Assembly: GCA_030141605.1 (NCBI GenBank)
Contig: JAQGDQ010000990.1
Coordinates: 8,500 to 72,499, forward strand
Source: Tubiluchus corallicola
Taxonomy: Eukaryota; Animalia; Priapulida
Length of the DNA stretch: 64,000 bases
Reading direction: 5' to 3'
Shown here: piece by piece, positions 55,016 to 64,000 of the stretch
Numbering within the stretch: position 1 is the first letter of the stretch
How the letters are laid out: every line of letters begins with the position of its first letter
Made by a program: the position numbers and the translations under genes
Notes under the pieces: model-generated
Told to the model about the DNA's origin: nothing
The model's input: only the letters and a program-made list of their open reading frames with translations
The model's database searches: none

Positions 55016-56793
55016 AAAATAATATCTTAGTGCCATAAAATTATATTCAATTTATAGCAAAAGCACATTATTGTAATTATATTATTTTTGTAAACGTGAA
55101 AATATTATTTACTGTTTAACTTATGACGGTTATACCCAAGTGTTGGGATGCATTGTGTGACGTATGATTTTTTTATGTACATTGTATTGTATATTGTTTT
55201 GTGTCGTTCGTCAGTAACTTAAACTATTATTAGTAGGTTTATTGGCACGCAAAAAACAAAATTCCTAAACGATAAACAAATCTATAATGGTTTTCATAGT
55301 TTTTTTAGGCACACGATTATATGTGCACAGCATTCATAATTCAGCCAGGTATGCTGCTGCTGTAGAGTTAGCCCACGAACTTTGATAAATTTGATTATTT
55401 AAGCGCTCACTAATTATTATTATTTATCTACTTATATCGCTCATATCATCTAAGCGAATTAACGATTAAGTAATTATTAAGTAAATGAACGTCAGTGACC
55501 CAGCTAGAAAATCCAAGGATGAAGAGGATTAAATTTTAGCGCCCGTTCAGGTGTTACAACTGCAATAGGCAATTGACGTTAAATGTGCATAAAACTTGAA
55601 ACTTGACTTTTTACATAAGTACTAACTAAACGTGATATTTCCATCCACGGAAGACAAGCACAACATAACACAGGTCATGCACCTCATTGTTAGACGAAGT
55701 GTGGTCTGCAGTTTGATGATGGACTTATAAGCAAAAGGTTCTGGTTTGAATCCATGCTCAGTCAGAACTTTTTACGTTTCCTTGTTTTTCGTTTAAGTTA
55801 ATTTCAGACATATAATAACTATGGGTTCATTCTGTCATTTATAAATAACCAATTAAGAGTATAAAATAATAATTAATGATAGTAATTTTAGAGACTTGCA
55901 GTTCTAACGACATGGCACGTTGGCTGACATCTGTTTTGAGTAAGGAAGAATGGCATCGTTCTTTATTTGTAGAATTAGGCAAATGTTGTGTCAGTTTGTT
56001 GATACACGGGGAGGTGGACATGTGCATAAGCATAAATGTGACCAATTGTACGGAGCTTACGTGTGAAAAATCTGAGTGTGAGATTATTATATCTGCAGGA
56101 GTCATATTAGTCATATTATAGAATTACAAATAAAAGCCTACAGCTACTGTGCGTAGAAAAATATTCTGCAATAATTAGTAAGAAGTCCAATTAGGAAGAG
56201 GTCCAAGATGACCTGCTTCACCCGTGTCGTTAAATTACTAATAAGCAATCAATAATTGTCAAGAAAACAGGTTACGTATGCCTTGTCTTCCACTTACTTC
56301 CGTACAGCTCAATGGCTGGCACAGTCAGCCATGTGTGAAAACTGCAAAAAAATTCTTAGTTATAAACAATTTGTGACAATGTCTGGTTAGTTTAAAAGTT
56401 TACTTACACTTATATAATCGCTCTTGTGATCAGTGTAGTCATCATGGCATTAGTTATGTACTTGATGGTGTTCAACGTTATGGTAAGAAAAATTCATTTT
56501 TTAAGCTATATAAGTACCAAAGTTTAGAAATGCTGTACAAATGTTTGCTAAGGTCCAACAAAATGATCATTATGTAACAATGTAGCGCTATGAATAAAAA
56601 TGCTGCATTATGTAACGTACGAGTCCCAAGATTCCTTATATTACGTAAAAAATTTGCGTGTTTGGTCATTTGTGTAACAATCTTTGCGCCATTGTTGGTC
56701 TGTGGATAGGCTATATCACGGTATGAGTTTGCACTAATTATTGGAGTGAGTCTGTTGTTTCTTTCTCTTCTAGATGTGGCTCTAGTGCAGCTC

Positions 56794-57240
56794 GGTTTGG
56801 TGTGTTTTTGGCTGGTCTGTCTGAGGTCTGGTCTTCAGGGGTTTGGTCTGTAGTTGGTCTGTCTAGGTCTGGTCTTCAGTGGTCTTGTCTGTGGCTGATC
56901 TGTCTAGGTTCTGGTCTGTCCGAGATAAGATCTGCCAGAATCCAGATATGATCTACCAGAATTCAGACAGACTAGCCACATATCAGGCCCCAGACGGCTG
57001 AGGTAAAAACCAGACCTGTGGCAGATCAGCCGAAGATAGATCACACCTCAGACAAACCAGCCACAGACCAGGCCACTGATAGGTCATGCCTCAGACAGAC
57101 CAGCCACAGACCAGGCCACTGATAAGTCATGCCTCAGACAGACCAGCCACAGATCAGACTCCAGACACATCAGACCGACCACTCAAGACGAGATACCTGA
57201 CAGACCAGACCCTAGACAAACCAGCCGCAGACACCAACCA
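56794..57240. mobile_element. Foldback MITE with short subrepeats
   Basis: ggtctg-rich left arm and cagacc-rich right arm; imperfect TIR ggtttggtgt..ggctggt / accagcc..acaccaacc. Confidence 0.65.
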
Positions 57241-57726
57241 TTACAGTACACCTACACTACAGGACGGCCGTTCCAAAGGCCACGATCAACTCACCATTAG
57301 TTTTTGTCGCATAAAACATAATTTTTATTACATAATGCTGCATTGTTATATAACGAATCTTTTGCTACAGTCATAACTAACCTTAACAAGTGTGTTTTTA
57401 TAGTTTTTCTGTAATCACAGACTTAGACTGACAAACTATTTTACAAACCACACTGCCACAATAACTAATTTGTACTTTTTTTCAGCGAATATGTTAGACC
57501 ACTAACTTCGTATTAACAATATATATAAAGCATTCGTAATTATTATAATAGCGTTATTATTATTTTAATTCATACGATTTCTTTACAATAAGGTTATTGC
57601 ATCACTGAATGTGTGGAAGGCAAATGGAGCAAATAGTTATGATTTCACGACAACAAAAACTCGTAAATCAGGTAGGATATGAGAAACACAAACGCTTGAT
57701 CTGTTCTATTTTTGTTTCTTGGTTAA

Positions 57727-58222
57727 AGTACAAGAAAACATTTTTCATAAATAAAGCTCAAAAAATTCGTCTTGAAATTTTATAACACTTACTTGTTGAA
57801 TACAGAGCTTTTATTAGTAGTAACGCTGTACAAAACTTGTAAATTTTACCTCCCGCCATGACCGTTAGGCGGGGCCATTTTAACGGCAGGTCGTTCACTA
57901 CAAGTTTAGATAACACCGCATAAAATTTGAAAAAATAATCAGAGCAGTAGTAGCACATAATTCACTAAATAAGTAAAAGTTTAAATTACTTAATTACTTT
58001 ATATTGTCAGTAAGATTAAAAATACGTTTTTGGTGAACAAGTGGTACACGCTTGGGTAAGCAATGCAGTGCTGTTTTACCAGGTAACGCGAATACTTTAT
58101 TTAGTAAAAATATTCTTTTCCAGTTGCGTAAGTCTTTCAAACAACTAAGCGAAATGCTAAGTAATATAACTTTGTATGGACAGTTTTTTGAGATATACTT
58201 TAAAATTCCATTTTCTTCTCTT
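57727..58222. mobile_element. Kolobok-type MITE
   Basis: TTAA flanks, imperfect TIRs, homologous to 44083-44861. Confidence 0.6.
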
Positions 58223-58744
58223 TTAATTCGCATGGCATGCGATATCAGAACGATAGAACACGGGCATATGATGACGAATTTTGTTGTCACTTAGTATTTT
58301 AGCGTATTTTATGTAATTTTTGCTGTTCGCCCTTGTAGGGTAACAGCTCGGTTCTGTTATAGTCATTTTGTATCGAGTGTTACTAAATGTAAAGTTTTGC
58401 ATATAACGCACTTTCTATGAGCCTACGTGTATGCGGTTTAAGGTGTTCAGTTGTAAATACTGCAACACAGTCTTTCGTGGTTTTAACCTTTTTGTCCCAT
58501 GTTTATGATGTTTTACAATCAAAAAAGCACGATAGCGTTACAGGGTATGTAGGCTTGACCAAAGCAACAAAGGGTCTATCGCATTGAAAATTTTGACTTG
58601 AGATGCTATTTTGACAAACATCATACTTGATCATCAAATATACACAAGGATATTATAATAAAACCAACCTAGTAATCTTCGCCGTGAGTATGTTTTGGTG
58701 ACTAAATTATTTATAGTCATCTTCAATATATTGTACCATTACAG

Positions 58745-58895
58745 ATATTGTGCCGTGTAGTGTACTTGATCCTACAACTGCTGATCTTGTGGAAGTACGA
58801 GACGTTTCCAACCTAACCGAAGCGGAATTTGACAAAGTTGTACTAGGAGCAGATGCTTTCAAGCAAGGCGTTTATTCGGAGTTTACGGTCTGCTG
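58745..58895 (+). CDS. Pentraxin/LamG-domain gene exon
   Basis: ttacag/gtagg; IVPCSVLDPTTADLVEV...GVYSEFTVCW contains the pentraxin FTVC motif. Confidence 0.7.
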
Positions 58896-59431
58896 GTAGG
58901 ACCTCTTGCTCATTTGTGGTTAACACAGTCCATTGAAAGCTGAACATTTTACAGTCCGATGGCGTCATTAATGTCCGAGGCGAAGCATAGGATGTTAATG
59001 AGATTACCGGTATGAAAGTCACAGAAAAAGTCACAATTTCGTCCAGGAAAAAAGGAACAATTAATTTTGTCTAGGGTCAGGGTTAAGGTTAGAGTTGGGG
59101 TTAGGGTTACCGTTTTCTGCGCCTTTTTCCTTTGATTTTTTCTGTGTTTTTTTTCATGGATTTCTTAATGATGCTAGGGGGCTGCAAACGAAGGACCGAG
59201 GAATGCAAATGTTGACGATGCTATAGCTGACAGTTATACTCTGAAATATTCAGAATGTTTGAAAATTAATAGCGTAAAATAATGACACGTAATACTTTTA
59301 AAATGTACACGTAAAAGTAACCGTTGATTACATTTTTTTATACAATTTTAACCATCGCCGACTCGTTGCCTTTGTAATCGTTAACGCGTCACGCAAATTC
59401 GTGCATCAGTTATGCATTTGTCAATTTTCAG

Positions 59432-59584
59432 GTGGTGCAAGAGCGAGGCGTACGTAATTTATCTGCACAGCGATAGGTATCCAGACGAAAGTGCTGATTT
59501 CGCTCTACTTGAATACACTGAAATGCAAATCATTGTCAAACCCAACGGGTCTGTCTCGTACGATCATGGCTTAGAAGAAAGAGA
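59432..59584 (+). CDS. Pentraxin/LamG-domain gene exon
   Basis: ttttcag/gtaagt, phase 2-2, open frame WCKSEAYVIYLHSDRYPDESADFALLEY... Confidence 0.7.
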
Positions 59585-60987
59585 GTAAGTAAAATGCAAG
59601 AGTCTAATCTTAACTTTTTCATTAATACGTATAATTCAACTACATGACAAATGTAGCAAAAAAGAAAAAAGCTTCTCACGTACTGCTCATTATCTTGAAC
59701 AATGTCAATCAGGTTTTTTAACATAGAAACTGCCCAAGGTATCCTCCTGCAGTCCCTCTCTTTTTGTCCCAAACAGGGTCTGTATTTGTGCAATAGAGTT
59801 GAAATTGGTCATTTTCTATTTTCAGATAAATCAGAAACTGTTAAAATTAATATTGATGTTGTATAAGAATAAATTACTAATAAATCTCAAAACTGTATTG
59901 TTAAGCAGCAACAAATGCGAATCGAATTAAATGATTAAATTGCAATATCTTTAAAGAATGATTTGTCAAGGGTTTGTCAAATGTTTATATACTTTAACAA
60001 AAATAAGTTGTTCTATATAGAAAAGGCGTACTTGAAGTAGGTTTCAGAAAAATCGCCTTAAAAAATTATATGACTTTTAGCAATTTTATGCATATATCGT
60101 ACTCGCGTTGAAAGGATTTTTGTTTGTTTACATTTTAAATCTCCCGCGACACTGTTTCGACCACGCCATTACATGACGTCATATATTCACAACGTAAATC
60201 GGGGGAAGAAAAGGAAATGTTCAACTATGTTACAAAAAAATTTCCATCTAAAGCTATACTACTTGGCATTTCGCTTAGCTGTTTGAAAGACTTATGTAAC
60301 TAGAAAACAAAATGATTAATTATTTAAAAAGTTTTCACCAATTTATTAAAATGTCGTTGACTCACCTCCAGGGTGTGCCACTCACTAACCAAAAAACGTA
60401 TTCAAGACCCAATAATTTAAAATTTTATTTAGTTTATAACGTGTGTGCCACGAATGCTATTTTTCCAAACTTTACACGATGTTGTTGAAACTTGTCTCAA
60501 ATGACTTGTCGTCAAAATGGCTGTGCCTAACGGTCATCGCGGGAGTTCAAATTTACATGTTTTATACAGCGTTACTGCCGATACAAGTCCTGTTACAAAA
60601 GGCAGCATGTAAGTGGTATAACATTTCAAGACGAATTTGTTAAGGTTTATGTAAGTGGAGGGTTTTCTTGTTCTTTAAAGTGCTCTTAGGTGCCTCCAAA
60701 ATGCCCTCACATGCAGTAAGTGACCCGGCTCCCCTGAATGAGTTTACAGTGCTCCGCTCACAGCTAGCTCCTTGTTGGGCACTTGGCAAAAATACCTCCT
60801 CCAGCCAAAATTTCTTAAAAAAGCATTGCAATTAATTCCAAAAATATGTGTTAAGTATGCACAGACACTGTATATGATAATTATTGTTCTCATCCATATG
60901 TAGTTATGCTGACTTTACTGCCACCTACTTATGATAATAATTAACGATAATGATAACAGACATTAATCGTTTATTAATGTAACACAG

Positions 60988-61114
60988 CACGATAACCGTC
61001 AATCCGACTGAAGACCTGGATGTTGAAAAGGAATACATTCATTATTGCATGGTAGTAGATACCAACGATCAGCCTAATTCAACCATAACCGTGTTCTGGA
61101 ATGGTGGAGTAGAC
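60988..61114 (+). CDS. Pentraxin/LamG-domain gene exon
   Basis: acag/gtgagt; EYIHYCMVVD...ITVFWNG parallels HxCx(T)W...Y.DG. Confidence 0.75.
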
Positions 61115-63514
61115 GTGAGTCACACTATTACTGATCAATTCACTAAACTGTCGTTTATAATTAATGTCTTACTACAGTTTTGTGCTACTTAATAGTAAAC
61201 TTTTCCCCACATTCAGTGTTTTGTCGTCCACCACAGAGAATCGTAGAAACTGCCAAAGACCTTTAATAAAACTCGTTGTTCGCATTGCATAATTTACAGT
61301 AAGAAACTATCCAAGGTAGGGAAAAGTTGCATAACACTACGAATTTAAAAAAAGAACATTGTATGCTGATGCCATTATACATTTGTACATCAAAGAAATT
61401 CTATTACAGAGATTGAGCGAAAAATCAAGGAAAAATCACTAAGCATGAATAAAAGTTTAGTTGAATTGCCTTTATAGTCTGACAATAGATTTTACTTATT
61501 TATTTCGAGAGCTTTCGCGTAAAAGATAAATGTGCTGTTATCAATTTGGTTTATAAACTAGATTGTAATATTTGCCATGAGATATATGTGGGTCAAACCA
61601 AACGTCCTGTTAGGACCGCCTAATCGAACACATAGGGAATCATACACTATAAAATCCATTCAACTGTTCCGTGCCCTCCATTTATAGCAATTATCCTACA
61701 CAGAGCTATAGATCATGTTGACAGGTTCTTTGCAGAACCAAAACATTTTTTGAGAAAGTATGGCAACTTTTAAATTGATTTTTGGTCATTATGTATTTGG
61801 TTTTTTATCAATTTTTTCATTTTTCTTCCTTCTGTGTTCCTCTGTTGGTCCATGTGTGCATTTAGCATTTTAACTCAAAATCATTAATCATATTTCGTAT
61901 TATAATCTCCCTTTGTCTATTTTTGTTGTTTTTATTGATTTTAAGTTCAGATGCGATTTACTTAGTGCATTCACCTCAATTTCATGTACCTCTCACAGTT
62001 ACACACCATTAGGTGCGTATCAAGACTTTATAACGCCCTAGGCTGATAATTCTGCCCGCCCATCTCTATTGTGAATTTATGGTTGTTTATGTAACGAGCA
62101 GATAAAATAATTACTTGTTGTGCATTAGAAACACTATTAACCTAGCTTCTACTTGGTCATTATTAATTACATATGTTGGCGTAACGTTTATATTCAAGTA
62201 GACTGCGCAACTGCTTGTTGTGTAATACCTGGCACCTGTTCATTATGTGCCACTTGTTTGTCAACCACTGCCTGTGGTGGCGCCATTCAAATGAATATGA
62301 AAGTAAAACACATTTTCCGAGGAGAATAAATTTTTTTCTAAAATGTCACACCCTCAAACTTTGGCGCCCTAGGCTATAGCCTAGTTAGCCTGTTGGTAAA
62401 TACGCCCCAGCACATCATAGGTAATCAGTGTTTGCAAACTTCATTCTCAGGTTAGCAGAACAGTTTATTTAGGCACGTCAATTTATTCTTTTTACTTTTT
62501 TAAATTAGCTTTTATTTTGGCAAGACATATTGTATAGTGCTCGGTTTCTTTTCCTATGCAGTCGTTTCACTCCTTCTAACTTATTATATTTTCAATCAAT
62601 GATGATGAACTACTACTGTTAAGACTTTGTCAGTAATTTTCAGTTGATGAGGCCCTTTAGAGAGAAAACTCCTGAAAAAAGGTGTAGACCTAAGTGCTAT
62701 AATTATTAGGCCTATGGAAAGTTTGGCCAAAATTTACGGTTCAGAAATTATTTCAACTTTGACGACTATGAAAATGGTACAGTGAATTGCACCGTACTAG
62801 TCCTGTAAGTTGTTATCAATCAAATCTGATTTTTAAATTTTTCGTTACTACTAATTTACTGTGCCCATAGTGAATTTAAAACTAGAACTGCCGTACAGTG
62901 TTTATGCTATTTTCATTGTTACTGGCATTGTCATTGCGTTGTCATTGTTATTGAAACGAACTACTATTGTCGCAGTTGCTGTTGTCAGTTGTCGCTGTTG
63001 TTGTTGCCATTGCTGCTGTGATTGTTGTTGTTTGTTGTTGCTGTCTTCGTCGTTGTTGTCGTTGTTGCTGTTATTGTCATTGTCGTTTGCGTTGTTGTTA
63101 ATGGTGTTAGTATTTGTCTAATTATGTTCCTAATGCTGTTGTTTCTAAAATAATTACGACCTTATTAATTTAATTTAAACGAAATTTGGCCTTGCCATAA
63201 TTTTTTTTCTGTATTGTTTACATTTTTTATAATGTAATTGAGTTTCTTTCCCAGGAAAAAATAGCTGCAAAGTTTCACAAGTTATTGTAGTTCATGATGT
63301 CAACATTTCATCTACGTCTTGTTTGCGTAAGCAGCATGCACAAACATGAAATTACTCCCTGGCACCTCAAGTTTTTTTTCTATTTGGAAAAATCGAGCAA
63401 AATAATTAAGCCTAATCTGCAAAACGGCACCTTAAACTATTAAATGACATTTAAATAACATGTATTGTGCGTAAGTTATTATTCAGACTTAAGTTCCTGT
63501 TGTATTTTCTCAAG

Positions 63515-63799
63515 GTTCAGCAAGAAATTTTACCACCAAACCTCACTGATTCGCTGCGCCTGATATTTACAGCTGAAATGGCCAACGACGTGGGAGCCAT
63601 GTTTTTGCCAGGAAGAGAAGGTGCCATGCTAAATGACCTCAACATTTACAGCAGAGCCCTGTCACCCGACGAAATATATAAGATCTCACAGAGCTGCATG
63701 AACTGTGGCGACATCTTTTGCTATAGAACAGCACCAAAAATGCCACTCAGAGGCGTGAGTAAAGTTGTGATTATTTTCAAAATTAAGCGGCGATATTAA
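63515..63799 (+). CDS. Pentraxin/LamG-domain gene exon (possibly terminal)
   Basis: LNDLNIYSRALSPDEIYKISQSC..GDIF matches the pentraxin C-terminal motif; alternative donor gtgagt at 63755. Confidence 0.75.
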   Translation, partial: VQQEILPPNLTDSLRLIFTAEMANDVGAMFLPGREGAMLNDLNIYSRALSPDEIYKISQSCMNCGDIFCYRTAPKMPLRGVSKVVIIFKIKRRY

Positions 63800-64000
63800 T
63801 AGTTTTTATTTTGGCTATATAGCAAAAAAATTAATAAAAGAGATCATTTGTATGATGTTAGTAAACTGGTGGGATTTTTTTTTATCAATTAAAGCCTTTT
63901 GTTGTTTTACAGTGGCAGTGATTCGTGCTAATAGATACCAATTAATGTTTTTAACACCAATTAATTGAATGCGACTACTGGGATTTTTATGTCAAGTCAA

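Noticed and set aside
55690-55775. tRNA-like sequence (also ~38515-38580, ~8160-8195)
   Set aside because: Too degenerate; at most old SINE heads
55839-56121. Overlapping 81 and 91 aa ORFs
   Set aside because: No motif or splice support recognised

Overview
AT-rich, intron-rich metazoan (invertebrate-like) genomic DNA, not prokaryotic. Host genes read by hand from splice sites and translation: the last seven exons of a divergent TTLL4-like tubulin glutamylase (+, 94-12064); three 3' exons (TM6-TM7 plus coiled coil) of a GABA-B-receptor-like class C GPCR (-, 43379-45885); four exons of a pentraxin/LamG-domain gene (+, 58745-63799); and an orphan cytochrome-b5-reductase-like pseudo-exon. Mobile DNA dominates: a decayed full-length Ty3/Gypsy element (30305-38502) whose gag ATG lies inside an apparently extended LTR, a ~5.8 kb head-to-head array of non-autonomous Helitron concatemers in the first TTLL intron, a ~350 bp foldback with a minimal hammerhead-ribozyme motif in each arm (Penelope-like), a tRNA-SINE, hAT and Kolobok-type MITEs, a solo LTR, LINE relics and many mini/microsatellites. 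Most ORF-track entries are artefacts of simple repeats. All family assignments come from motif recognition, not database searches.
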